Part shown: positions 50,382 through 61,225 of the stretch, in pieces | How positions within the stretch are numbered: position 1 is the first letter of the stretch | Layout of the letters: every line of letters begins with the position of its first letter | Assembly: GCA_963719315.1 (NCBI GenBank) | Contig: CAVRBU010000004.1 | Location: 704,001 to 768,000, forward strand | Origin: an uncultured Planctomycetota bacterium | Lineage (GTDB): Bacteria > Planctomycetota > Planctomycetia > Pirellulales > Lacipirellulaceae | Length of the DNA stretch: 64,000 bases | Direction: 5' to 3' | Notes under the pieces: model-generated | Seen by the model: only the letters and a program-made list of their open reading frames with translations | The model's database searches: none | Told to the model about the DNA's origin: nothing | Program-made: the position numbers and the translations under genes

Positions 50382-52142
50382 CTATTTCTTCTTCAACGCC
50401 GCTTCCGCAGCGGCGCGGACCATTGGGCTGCCATCTTCTTTGGCGACGTTTTCGAGCGCCGTCGCCGCTTGGGCCGCGGCGCCCATATCGGTAATCGCCT
50501 CCACCGCTTGGAGCCGGGTCTGCTCATCGGCGTTCGAGAGACACTGGATGAGCTTGGGTACAACGGCCGACGCAACTTGCGCGTCGCTGGGCGCGATGCG
50601 CGACAAGGCCCATGCCGCCGCATCTGCTTCGAAGGAGTCGTCGGCCTTCATCCGCTGCATGAGCGGCCCAACCGCGGCCTTCGCTCCGGGCCCGATCTTG
50701 CGCAGGGCGTACAGGGCGCTCTCGCGCTCGCCGGCGTCTTGGCTGCCGATCGATTTGACTAGCATCTCGGTCGCCGGGGAAGCGGCCGGACCGATCGCTC
50801 CCAGAGCCAACTGAATATTCGTGCGCAGCTTCGCGTCGGCCCCGTCGGCGGCCTCCATCAACGGTTGCACGGAGCCCGCGGCTTTGGGACCGAGCTTTCT
50901 GATGACGCGCACCGCCGCCGCGCGATATTGAGGATTCTTAAGGCCGTTATTCAAACGCGGGACAACCGACTCGCCCAGGCCGGCGATCGCTTCCACCACA
51001 TTTGCCCGCACGCCAGGACTTGGATCGTTCACGAGTGCCACGAGCGCGGGAGCAACCATTTCGGGAGGCGCTTTCAGCGATTGCAAACTCTTAGCTGCGG
51101 CATTTCGAAGTGTGACGTTGTCGCTCCTCAATCCTTGCGTCAGTTTCTCGATCGCGGTTTTCAGAGCAGCTTGATCTTCGGGATGCAGCTTGGCCAGGGC
51201 CCATGAGGCAATCATTTGCAGAAACGGATCGCCGTCGGCCGCCGCGGCTTGTAGCTCGGTGTCGGCATCTTTGGCGCCGATCGAGCCCAAGGCGTAAGCA
51301 GCAGCAACGGGCACCGTCGCATCTGTATCCGATATGAGCAACTTCTTGATTTGCGGAGTGGCCGACTCGGCCCCGGGACCGACGGCGGCCAGAGCGAGAA
51401 GCTCCTGAATCAACAAATGCGAGTGTTTGGTTGTACCCAGTAGCGCAGTGATTTCCGGTACCACAGGTGCGGCATCTGGACCGATCTGCTCGACCGCCGC
51501 GCAAGCCAGGTAAGAGGTTTCGGGCTGGCCCAGGGCCTCCTTCAACAGCGGGACGGCGTTCGGACCCTCGTCGACAATCGCCTCAAGCGCGTGCATCGTG
51601 ATGGCTTCGTCATTTGATTTGAGCGCCTTGGCAAGCGCTTCGGCCACTCGCTTCGGGCCAGGCTTGAGCTTGCGCAGCGCCGAAATCGCGGCCCGCGCCA
51701 CGCGGGCGTCTTTACTGGTCGCAAGGTCGATCAGAGAATTGACCGTTTCGTCGGAGCGATCGTCGATTTTTCCCAGCGCAATGGCAGCGTGGTATTGGAC
51801 GATCGGATCCTTGTCGCTCAGCAACTTCCGTAATTCAGCAGCCGTATCTTTCGCTTGCGAACGGTATTCACCCAGCGTGCGGGCCGTGCGCCAGCGAATC
51901 TGCGGATCCTCATCCTGCAACATTTTTTGCAGTTGCGGCACAACTTTGGATGCATGTGCATGCCGTTCGCCCAAATCATCGATGGCGGTGTAGCGAGTCT
52001 CTTTGGAGCCTGAAGCGGCATCTTGCAGCATCTTGGCAGTGCCACTGGTTTCCGCAGCGCAGCTTGGCAAAACAATCAGCGCGGTCAAAAAGCAAAGGAG
52101 CAGCGGAGCGCCGCGCCGTACTGGAAGAAGACGAATGGACAT
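50382..52142 (-). CDS. HEAT-repeat protein (possible lipoprotein)
   Basis: Repeated 'VPxLxxxLxDxDxxVRxxAAxALGxIG' units; LIVLPSC possible lipobox. Confidence 0.85.
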   Translation of the reverse strand: MSIRLLPVRRGAPLLLCFLTALIVLPSCAAETSGTAKMLQDAASGSKETRYTAIDDLGERHAHASKVVPQLQKMLQDEDPQIRWRTARTLGEYRSQAKDTAAELRKLLSDKDPIVQYHAAIALGKIDDRSDETVNSLIDLATSKDARVARAAISALRKLKPGPKRVAEALAKALKSNDEAITMHALEAIVDEGPNAVPLLKEALGQPETSYLACAAVEQIGPDAAPVVPEITALLGTTKHSHLLIQELLALAAVGPGAESATPQIKKLLISDTDATVPVAAAYALGSIGAKDADTELQAAAADGDPFLQMIASWALAKLHPEDQAALKTAIEKLTQGLRSDNVTLRNAAAKSLQSLKAPPEMVAPALVALVNDPSPGVRANVVEAIAGLGESVVPRLNNGLKNPQYRAAAVRVIRKLGPKAAGSVQPLMEAADGADAKLRTNIQLALGAIGPAASPATEMLVKSIGSQDAGERESALYALRKIGPGAKAAVGPLMQRMKADDSFEADAAAWALSRIAPSDAQVASAVVPKLIQCLSNADEQTRLQAVEAITDMGAAAQAATALENVAKEDGSPMVRAAAEAALKKK

Positions 52143-52181
52143 CGTAATGTGCCTTATTGAGAATCTGCCGGTCGGCAGGAA

Positions 52182-52799
52182 CTAGCCTAAATTGTCGTCG
52201 AGCTCGCGCGTCACCTTCAACACGAAGCGAATCATTTGACTGAGAATCGGACCTGGATAGACGTCATTTTGCTTCGCGAGCATGGCTCGCCAATCCTTGC
52301 TGGCCGCGGTGGCTTGCATGTATTCGTCGCCCGTAAGCGCACCGGCGTACGCCCGCTGCTTGAACAGTTTGTCGAGCTCCGTTCGGTACTGGCTATATTG
52401 AGTCTGGTCCAAAACCTTGGGCCAGAAGATCGTGCCCGTCGTGCGATCGAACTCTTTCGGCGTCAGCGTTCCCAAGGCGTTATTGGCCAGATACGCGTTC
52501 CGCTTGGCGTCGATCGCCGAAAGCTGCTGCTGGAGATGTTCGCTGTAAATGCCCTTCTTTTCCCAAAAGGCATTGACCGAATCCACCTGGTTGGTGATTT
52601 GGTTAGAGCGTGCTTGCGTTAGATTGATGGCAGCTTGCGAGTTGGACAAATTCTTTTGCCCCTGAGCCGAGATGATGTTGCTCATGCCGTTGGCGGCGCC
52701 TTCGGCGGCGGTCGAGGCGCTGTTGTAAATGACTTGACCGGTGAGCGCCAACGCGCTCAAGACCAACAATCCGACGACACCGATGGGAACGTATTTCAT
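52182..52799 (-). CDS. Secreted hypothetical protein
   Basis: Signal peptide; ASTAAEGAANG, NLSNSQAAIN, TGTIFWPKVL; co-oriented with the HEAT gene. Confidence 0.7.
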   Translation of the reverse strand: MKYVPIGVVGLLVLSALALTGQVIYNSASTAAEGAANGMSNIISAQGQKNLSNSQAAINLTQARSNQITNQVDSVNAFWEKKGIYSEHLQQQLSAIDAKRNAYLANNALGTLTPKEFDRTTGTIFWPKVLDQTQYSQYRTELDKLFKQRAYAGALTGDEYMQATAASKDWRAMLAKQNDVYPGPILSQMIRFVLKVTRELDDNLG

Positions 52800-53143
52800 A
52801 GTCCGTTCACTTTCTCTCTAACCGGAATAATCGTAAGCAAGTATTTAATTTAGCTGAAACACCGCGGATTTCCACCGCAAATCGCTGCTCCACGCTTGAA
52901 AAACGGCCACTTTTCGTGCCCTGGCCCGTTTGTCGGCCGAATTGCTCGGCGGGGACCGCCCTTTCCATCGGATTAACTGCTACATCTTCTCAATCTCCAG
53001 CGATCAATCGCCGTTTGAAGTCAGGTCGCATTCTACCGGGTGGCGCGGTCGTTCGGGTAGCGTCGATAAAAACTGATGTATCAATTATACGCTACGGAAC
53101 GCCTATCCGAGCTGTGCTGCCAGAAATGGCGTAGGGCGACTGC

Positions 53144-54760
53144 ATGTCGGTCCGAAAAAAACCACGAACTTACTTCTATTCCTCCGTCGTCGCCACGGCG
53201 ATGGCCATGCTCCTCGGCGTAGGCGGCTGCGCCCTGCCGGAGTGGTACCACAACGGCTTCAAAGTGGGGCCGAATTACTGCAAGCCGGCCGCACCCGTCG
53301 AACCGCAATGGATCGATTACGAACGCGATCCGCGGCTCAGCCAGGAGCCTGTGGATACTAGCGCATGGTGGACGGTCTTTAACGACCCGAAGCTCAATTC
53401 GCTGATCGAAACGGCGTCGAATCAAAACCTCACCCTCCGCGTGGCCGGTACGCGCATCCTGCAAGCACAGGCGGTGCGCGGGATCGCGGCCGGAAACTTG
53501 TTCCCGCAGGGGCAACAGGCGTTCGGCAGTTACACCCGCACTCAAGTCAGCAAAACCATCGCCAACTCGCCGCCGGTGAAGGATTTCGGCACCTGGACAG
53601 AAGGGTTCAACCTGTCTTGGGAACTCGACTTCTGGGGCCGGTTTCGCCGCGGGCTGGAGTCGGCCGACGCCGCGTTGGATGCGACTGTCGAAGGCTACGA
53701 CAACGTGCTCGTACTGCTGTTGTCCGACGTGGCCTCGACCTACGTGCAGATTCGGACGTTGCAGGAAGAGTTGCGGCTGGTGAACGAAAACGTGCAACTG
53801 CAGAAAGAGTCGCTGCGGATCGCTGCAGCTCAGTACAACGCTGGTCAAGCCGATGCAGCCGATGTGCTGCAAACGCGGAACAACGTCGAGCAAACCGAGG
53901 CGCTAATTCCGCAACTGGAGGCGGCTCTGCGGCAAGCGAATAATGCGCTGTGCATCCTGCTGGGCTTGCCGCCGCGAGATCTGATTGCGACCGAATTGGG
54001 CATTGGTCCGATTCCCACGGCGCCCCCGGATGTGGCGGTGGGCATTCCGGCGGAGCTCGTGCGCCGCCGGCCCGATGTGCGGCAGGCCGAACGGCTGGTG
54101 GCGGCGCAGTGTGCCCAGATCGGCGTCGCCGTGTCTGAGTTGTATCCGCACTTTGCCATCAATGGCGTATTGCAGTGGCAATCGGAGCACATCGAAGATC
54201 TGTTCACGCCGGCAAGCGTGGGCGGTGCAGTCGGGCCGTCGTTTGTGTGGAATATTCTGAATTACGGGCGGATTCAAAACGGCGTGCGGCAGCAGCAAGC
54301 GCTGTTCGAGCAGACCGTTTATTCGTACCAAAACACGGTCCTCAACGCCCAGCGCGAGGCCGAAGATGGAATTGTCGGGTTCTTGAAAGCCCAGGACCAA
54401 ACCGCCGATTTGCAGTTGGCGGTTCGCGACATTAAAGAACTGAACGGCGTACTGTTGACGCAAGCCAACGCGGGCGCAACAAACTTCGATCGCGTGTTCG
54501 TCGTGCAAGCCCAAGCGACCGTGCAAGAGGACAACCTGGCGACGAGCCAGGGCAACATCGCACTGAATCTCATTCGCATTTACAGGTCCTTAGGTGGTGG
54601 CTGGCAGATTCGCCTGCAATCGCCTGTCGCCTCGCCAGGGTCAGACTTGCTCGAGCAGCCGCTGCTGATCGAGCCTCACGTTGATGAGCCGCATGAGAAT
54701 CAACCGTTGCTGCTGCCGCCTCCGCAGGAAGCGTTGCCGACGCCACCGCAATCGCCCTAA
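53144..54760 (+). CDS. TolC/NodT-family outer membrane efflux lipoprotein
   Basis: VGGC lipobox, KVGPNY, WWTVFNDPKLNSLI, SWELDFWGRFRR, GIPAELVRRRPDVRQAER, YRSLGGGW. Confidence 0.93.
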   Translation: MSVRKKPRTYFYSSVVATAMAMLLGVGGCALPEWYHNGFKVGPNYCKPAAPVEPQWIDYERDPRLSQEPVDTSAWWTVFNDPKLNSLIETASNQNLTLRVAGTRILQAQAVRGIAAGNLFPQGQQAFGSYTRTQVSKTIANSPPVKDFGTWTEGFNLSWELDFWGRFRRGLESADAALDATVEGYDNVLVLLLSDVASTYVQIRTLQEELRLVNENVQLQKESLRIAAAQYNAGQADAADVLQTRNNVEQTEALIPQLEAALRQANNALCILLGLPPRDLIATELGIGPIPTAPPDVAVGIPAELVRRRPDVRQAERLVAAQCAQIGVAVSELYPHFAINGVLQWQSEHIEDLFTPASVGGAVGPSFVWNILNYGRIQNGVRQQQALFEQTVYSYQNTVLNAQREAEDGIVGFLKAQDQTADLQLAVRDIKELNGVLLTQANAGATNFDRVFVVQAQATVQEDNLATSQGNIALNLIRIYRSLGGGWQIRLQSPVASPGSDLLEQPLLIEPHVDEPHENQPLLLPPPQEALPTPPQSP

Positions 54761-54779
54761 CCCGTAGTCGACTGGAAAC

Positions 54780-55187
54780 ATGGCCGAGAGGAATGCGTTT
54801 TTGGCGCTGTCGATCGCCTTTGCGACAGCCCTTGTCATGCCCCTTGCACAGGCCGCATTTGCCGGCGACTCGGTGTGCGGCGAGCAGCAGAAATGTGCGT
54901 GCCGCGGTGGCTTGATGCTCTGCTGCCCGGATGATTACTGCCCGAAGCCGCTGCCGTGCGTGCCGTGGGCGCGGTGTTGTTGCCCGGATGACTACTGCTG
55001 CAAGCCGTACCCGTACCTGTTCTCGCCGGCGCTATCGTGCTGCGGCGACGATTACTGCTGCAAACCGTTTCCACATCTCTGCTGGCCGCGATTGCCGGTG
55101 CACTATAGCTGCGGTCCGCCTGCGCGCGACGAATGCGCCGCGCCGAAGCAGGTAACCGATTACTTCGACGGCAGCGGCAAGAAGTAG
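54780..55187 (+). CDS. Secreted Cys-rich protein with three CC(P/G)DDYCxKP repeats
   Basis: Signal peptide, 19 Cys; repeats CCPDDYCPKPLP, CCPDDYCCKPYP, CCGDDYCCKPFP. Confidence 0.7.
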   Translation: MAERNAFLALSIAFATALVMPLAQAAFAGDSVCGEQQKCACRGGLMLCCPDDYCPKPLPCVPWARCCCPDDYCCKPYPYLFSPALSCCGDDYCCKPFPHLCWPRLPVHYSCGPPARDECAAPKQVTDYFDGSGKK

Positions 55188-56286
55188 GCCCACTTTTGCA
55201 AACGGATCGTGACCTTGCTGATCATGTCGAACGACTTGCCCCAGTCGGTATAGATCGCGACCGCACCCGCCGTGCCCATGGCCAGTTCTTCGGCTTGTTC
55301 GTCGTCGTCGAGCCGAATTTTCACGGCCAGGATTCCAGGCGAACCGATCTGCGCGGCCGAAGGCAGCTTTCCGCCCGTCGTGAATTGGCCTTCGCCGCTG
55401 GCCTCGATCACGTTCTCGACTTTGCCGCGAAACAACTGGCCCGGGTTGCTCTTGAAAGCCAACTCGACTTCCTGCCCCGGCTTCACGTTCAGCAAGATTT
55501 GCGCGGGGAACGATGCCACGATGGATGTTTCGGAGGTATCGACGAACGTGCCGACCGCGGCCAGCGGCATGGGTACGACGAACGTCCCTTCGCGAATCTG
55601 CCAATCGGTGACGAACCCATCCGCCGGCGCCTTAACGGTGCATTCTTCCAGATTGAACTTGGCCGTTTCGCGCTGACTTTCAACGCTGCCGACGGTATCT
55701 TTGCCCGCTATAAGTGCGGCGCGAGCCTGGGCTTCGGCGGCCTCGGCTTGCGTAACCGTCGCCTCGCTGGCGGCGAACTGCTGTTCGGCCTGCACCAGCT
55801 TCAGCTTCGAGATGGCCTGCGGATTATCTTTTTCGATGGCCTTCGCGACTTCGAACGCCGTCTTGGATGTTTGGAGATCGGCCTTGGCTTTCGCCAGGTT
55901 GGCCACCGCCGCGCTGACGCCGGCCTCAAGCTGAATCACGTTGCTCTTCGCGGCTTGCAGTTGCGCTTCGACCTGGTCGAGCGCGTATTGGTACGGCGCG
56001 GGTCGATTTCGAAAAGAACGTCGCCCTTTTTCAGCGGCTCGTTTGGCTTGGACGGAATGCTCGTCACTTGCCCTTTCACATACGGAACGAGCTGGACGAC
56101 GTAGCGGCTCACCACAGCGCGAGTCGAAATCGGGGCAGCCTGCGTCCACAACACCACGACCGTGCCCAGCATCAGGACGCCGGCCGTCGCGAAAATCGCG
56201 ATCGGCCAGGGCCGCGGCCGAACCTTCAAAACCTTGAACACGAGCACGATCGCCGCGGTGTAGATGATCGTCATGAACGCGATCAT
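55160..56286 (-). CDS. HlyD family secretion protein (YibH-like), apparent frameshift near 56001
   Basis: VQLVPYVKGQV...LKKGDVLFEIDP continues as PYQYAL; TVKAPADGFVT, PGQEVELAF, GTAGAVAIYT. Confidence 0.85.
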
Positions 56287-56562
56287 GGTGTGGGGCCTCC
56301 GTCCTTCGCCGAGCTGCTCGACTTGGGTGGTAGGAAGGCCCAGACGAACGCGATCGGCCACAGCGCCGAGCGTGACGAGACTGATCCACCCGGCGGCCGC
56401 GACGGCCTTGGCATACGGATGGTTCCGACTGGCGGCTATCTTGCCGGGCAACCCGCCCAAGAGAACGATGATCACGACCGCGGTCAGCAGCAACACGGCG
56501 ATGACCAGGAACGCAAACAGATCGAATCCGTCGATCGTGACCGTCGCAAATAGCCGGCTCAT
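56283..56562 (-). CDS. DUF3302 (YibI-like) membrane protein, apparent frameshift near 56364
   Basis: LGGLPGKIAASRNHPYAKAVAAAGW then, after correction, LWPIAFVWAF; the stop overlaps the HlyD ATG (ATGA). Confidence 0.8.
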
Positions 56563-56745
56563 GCACACTTGAACTACTTCCCACGCGTCGATCTAGCCCT
56601 CGGACAACCTGCTGCCATTATAGCAAGGAATGCCGTAGCGATGACGCAGACGATATCGCAACTGGGGCGTCGCGCGCCGCCCAAAGCCGCCCTGACGCTG
56701 CGGTCGCAAGGGTTGTAACGGTCGGTAGCAGTTTTGGAGCGCCGG

Positions 56746-59322
56746 TCACTCGCGGCCGGCTTCGACCTTCTTCAGGCCTTCCTCGAGTTTCTTGATGTCC
56801 TCGGGCGAAAGCTGCGGCCGATCGATCTTGATCGTCAGCTTGTTAAACTGGGCGGTGAGCGGGAACGGCGGCGTGTAGTCCGCATCATTCACGCCAGTAA
56901 TCGTATCGGAGCCGATGTCGAACGACTCGTCCCATTGCAGGATGATCGGAATGGTTTTCTCCATCTTCTTCGTAGCAACCACCTTGCCGTCCACCTTCAG
57001 CGTGCCGGTGCCCGGCTGGCCGATACCAGCAAAGCTGTTGTAGGCCATTGTGCCAGCGCCGCTGCCGTCATACTTGAAGTCGAACTCCAGAATGTGCCGG
57101 CCGGGCGTGAGCGCTTCACGACCTTCCCACTTGATGCGCTCCAGGTCGAGCAGATTCCACAGGAACACGGGCTTGCCCTTGAGAAGGTAGAAGCCGAAGC
57201 CCGCAAAGCGCCCGCCGGAAGTCACGATCATGCCTTCAGCGCCTCCTTCCGGCACGGTGACGTCGGCAGTGATACTGTAGGAAGTATCGAGCAGGTACGG
57301 CGCATCGCCTTGCGGCAGTCCCGTCATAGGCCGCGTATAGACGAGCTCCGTGCGACCCGCGGTGAGGCTCGGACGCGGAGCCGCGACACGGCGCCAACCG
57401 AGGCGTTCAACGGAAGAACCTGATACTTTTTGGCCTCTTCGAGGAACATCGCCCTCATCTCCTGGACCTTCTCCGGGTGCTGTGCGGCAATGTCGTCGTA
57501 CTGATTCCAGCTTTCGTTGAGGTTGTAGAGCTGGAACACCTGGTTATTGAGCGGATCCGGGTTGGCCGCTTCGAATGCCTGCCACGGCGCGCGATTGACC
57601 TTGGTGCTCATGAGCCAGCCGTCGTGGTACAGCGCGTACTGGCCCATCATCTCGAAGTACTGGGTTTTGTGCCGCGACGGCGCCTTGGCGTTCTCCTTGT
57701 CGAAAGTGTAGGCGAAACTTGTGCCCTCGATCGGCTTTTGCTTGATGCCATCGACGTATTCCGGCGCGGGGATGCCGATGACCTCCAGGAGCGTGGGCAC
57801 GTAGTCGATCACGTGGACGAACTGTTCGCGCAGGCCGCCCTTGTCCTTGATGCGCCGGCCACGAGATCACCATGTTCTGGTTCGTGCCGCCGAGCCGCGA
57901 AGCATTCTGCTTGAACCAGTCGAACGGCGTATCAAACGCCCACGACCAGCCGGCCGACATGTGGTTGTAAGCAAATTCGGTCCCCCAGGCTTCGTAGAAC
58001 TTCATCTGCACATCCACGGGCGGCGCCACGCCGTTGAAGAACGCGACCTCGCTGAACGTGCCTTCCGGCCCGCCCTCGGCGCTGGTGCCATTGTCGCCGT
58101 TCTGGTAGATGATGATTGTGTTGTCGAGCTTGCCCAGGTCCTCGAAGGCCTGGATCACCCGCCCCATCTCGTAGTCGTTGTAGGCCACATAGGCGGCGAA
58201 CACGTTCGCCTGGCGGATGAAGAGTTTCTTCGCCTCGGGCGTCAGCTCGTCCCAAGGCGTTAGCATGTCCTTAGGCCAGGGTGTCAGCTTCAGGCCCTTG
58301 GGGATCACGCCAAGCCGCTTCTGGTTCTCGAAAATCCGTTCTCGCAGCTTTTCGTAGCCGTCGTCGAACAGGTGCATCGCCTCGATCTTATCCACCCACT
58401 CCTTGGTCGGATGGTGCGGCGCGTGCGAGCAGCCGGGCACGTAGTGCAGGAAGATCGGCTGGTTGGGGTCACTCTGGTGAATCCGCGTCATCCAGTCAAT
58501 GGCATCATCCGCCATCGCGGTGATCAGGTTCCAGCTGCTCTCTTTGCCGGTGACCGGCCAAATCTTCGCCTTTGGATCCGATCGATCCATCTTCAAAGTA
58601 CCCTCGTGACCAATCCACGGATAAATCTGCGTCGTATTGCGGAACAGGTTCGGTCCCCACTGGTTGGCGTCGCCGCCGACAAAGCCGTAGAAGTAGTCAA
58701 AACCTAAGCCTGTCGGCCACTGAGTGAACGGCCCAACCTGACTGGCTTGGTAGGTCGGCGTGTTGTGGTCCTTGCCGAACCACGACGTGGCGTAGCCGTT
58801 GTCTCGCAGGATGCGGCCAATGGTGGCGTTGTCCAGCCCGATAACGCTGTCGTAGCCGGGGAAGCCGGTGGCCTGCTCGGCGATCACGCCGAAGCCGACC
58901 GAGTGGTGGTTGCGCCCGGTAATCAGCGCCGCCCGCGTCGGCGAGCACAATGCGGTCGAGAACACCCGGTTGTAGCGCAGTCCCGCATTCGCGATGCGGT
59001 CCATGGTTGGCGTCGGAATCACGCCGCCGAACGTGCTCGGCACGCCGAAGCCGGCATCATCGGTCATGATCAAGAGGACGTTCGGCGCGCCCTTCGGCGG
59101 CACGACGCGCGGCGGCCACCAAGACTTCGACTGCATGGCGTTGTCCTTGATCACGCCGCCGAATTTCGGCGCGGGCGGCGGAAGCTGCTTGCCGCTGATC
59201 GTGGTCGTGGCGCTGGGCGTGCCGGGCGTGCCGGTGGTTTGTTGGGCTCGTGCGTTCGGCGCATACGCCATCCAGTTGAACGTGAACGATGCAATCAGGA
59301 CGATACATTGACATGATTTCAT
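56746..59322 (-). CDS. Arylsulfatase, apparent frameshifts near 57856 and 57390
   Basis: PNVLLIMTDD, LCSPTRAALITGRNHH, GDNGTSAEGG, HKTQYFEM, C-terminal ESFDIGSDT; three consecutive ORFs join into one protein. Confidence 0.9.
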
Positions 59323-59590
59323 GTTTTCTCCTACTGGTGCGCACCATCCGGAACTTTCGGGTCAACGTGGATAATATACAGATCGTTGGAACTTGTCGCA
59401 ATCAGGCGCGCTACGGTTGAACGTGGAAGTCGAAATCAATGGTGAAGACAACACAGGCGGCGAGGAGCAAGGTCAGCGCAAGAAGAAACGCAATGTCGGA
59501 AATGTGGCCGATTATTTATTGATTCGAGTGATCCGTTCGACGCAGAATGAAAAAGTGAGCGCCGTACTGAGTACTCAAACTGAAAAGGCG

Positions 59591-59737
59591 AACCGCCAAG
59601 GTCGCCAAGAACGCCAAGGAATACAGAGAGGAATCAACTTGGCTTGCAGTTTGTCTTTGAAAGACCGTTCCGGCAGTCTATTGCGTTTTAATCGTAATAA
59701 ATGAAGGCTTGGTGCTCTTGGCGTGCTTGGCGGTTTT
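59591..59737. repeat. AACCGCCAAG...CTTGGCGGTT inverted-repeat element, copy 3
   Basis: AACCGCCAAGGTCGCCAAGAACGCCAAG ... CTTGGTGCTCTTGGCGTGCTTGGCGGTT. Confidence 0.65.
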
Positions 59738-59809
59738 CACTTTGAGTGAGAAGAAACACCAGCGCACGGCGGTGGGCAACTCATCCACCGTGCTTTCCCT
59801 TTGCATTCC

Positions 59810-60022
59810 TCAGCCCAGCAGTATGCGGATGCAAATGGCAAGCACCACCACGAAGACCACAACGGCCAGCAGTATGCCGATGACTCCCGCGTAAAGGCCC
59901 CACGGCGAGGCATTGGCCGCGCAGTTGCTACATGGTTCCGGTATGGAAGTTTCTGGGTCGATCAAAACCGGTGATCCGCATTTCGGACATTTGCCCCAGT
60001 TCTCATTGTTGTCGCTGGACAT
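59810..60022 (-). CDS. Small zinc-ribbon membrane protein (70 aa)
   Basis: CPKCG...CSNC followed by one TM helix; GAG upstream of the start. Confidence 0.6.
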   Translation of the reverse strand: MSSDNNENWGKCPKCGSPVLIDPETSIPEPCSNCAANASPWGLYAGVIGILLAVVVFVVVLAICIRILLG

Positions 60023-60100
60023 CCTTGCTCATCCAATCCAGTTTTGCCATCGTCAGTTTTTTGTTCTGGGGCGCCGCCGAAACGAATGCATCTGAAACGG

Positions 60101-61123
60101 CTACTCATCGAAGGAAAAAATCCGTTTCCAATCCTTCTTCATGCTGATCACCGTCCAGTGCTTGGCCTGCGCTTCGTCGTACAGCGCCTGGCTGAACGTG
60201 CCGACCTTCGTCTCGGGTAAACTGGCTGCCGGACCGTAAGCATACTCCCGTTGGGCGTCGTCGTGTAGCACGAGCATGCACAGCCGCGCGCCCTCCCCTG
60301 CCCCGGTGTATTCCAGCATCTCCTTGTCGCCCGCCGTATTGCCAAAGGCGGCCCGCGGGCGGCGGCCCGTGAACAGGTAAATATCCTCCGCCTTGCCCGC
60401 GTAGTTGTTGTTCAGGAGCATCTTCGCGTTCAGCATGAGGTCGTTTCCCGGCCTCGCGGGCGTGTAGGTGGTCGTGACCGTCGTGCCGACGATCTGCTCG
60501 GGCGGGATGCCATACGTCGGTTGGGCAAACGACCGGACGAAGGGCTGCGTGCCGCCAGTGACGATGTACGTCTTGTAGCCATTCGCGCGCACGTACCGCA
60601 TGACTTCGAGCATCGGTCGATAGGCCAGTTCGGTGTAGGGGCGATGCCAGCGTGGATCTTTCGCCTTAGAAATCCAGTCTTTGGCAGCCTGATTAAACTC
60701 CTTCGTGCTGACGCCGGTATGCGTCTCGACGACGATCTTCATGATGTCATCGAGCGTGAATTTCTCCATCGCCGCCTTGTCGCCGGTGACGACGGCTTTG
60801 AACGGCTGCGTCACTCTCCACTCCGGATGTTGCGGCGCCAGGTCACGCAAGCGATCCAACGAAAACACCACTTCGGTGTACATAGGATGCTCGACCCACG
60901 TCGTGCCATCCTCATCGAACGTGGCGATCCGCTCGGCCGGCGGCACGAACCTGGGGCCGCCTTCGGTCGTCGTCGTCTTCACGAATTCGACGATCGCCTG
61001 CTTCGCCGGCCCTTCATTCCAAGAAGGCAGCGGGCCTGCCGCATTCTGGGCGATGGCGAAATTCGTGCGGAGCGATAGGACTACTAATGCGGAAAAGAAG
61101 AAGTTAGCGAATCGAGTCTTCAT
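60101..61123 (-). CDS. Secreted HAD-family hydrolase (acid phosphatase-like)
   Basis: LPSWNEG, RIATFDEDGTTWVE, YIVTGG, AAFGNTAGDKEML, HDDAQREYAY. Confidence 0.9.
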   Translation of the reverse strand: MKTRFANFFFSALVVLSLRTNFAIAQNAAGPLPSWNEGPAKQAIVEFVKTTTTEGGPRFVPPAERIATFDEDGTTWVEHPMYTEVVFSLDRLRDLAPQHPEWRVTQPFKAVVTGDKAAMEKFTLDDIMKIVVETHTGVSTKEFNQAAKDWISKAKDPRWHRPYTELAYRPMLEVMRYVRANGYKTYIVTGGTQPFVRSFAQPTYGIPPEQIVGTTVTTTYTPARPGNDLMLNAKMLLNNNYAGKAEDIYLFTGRRPRAAFGNTAGDKEMLEYTGAGEGARLCMLVLHDDAQREYAYGPAASLPETKVGTFSQALYDEAQAKHWTVISMKKDWKRIFSFDE

Positions 61124-61225
61124 GGTCTTATTCTCTTTTAGTTACTCCGGATTGCGACGAAAGCGCAGACGCGATCTCTACCTGCCCTGTAACATGCTCA
61201 AATATTGTCAATTGTCGAAGCGTAG

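Noticed and set aside
59393..59704. 103-aa + strand ORF upstream of the sulfatase
   Set aside because: TTG start, no motif, and it runs through a repeat element; probably a promoter region.
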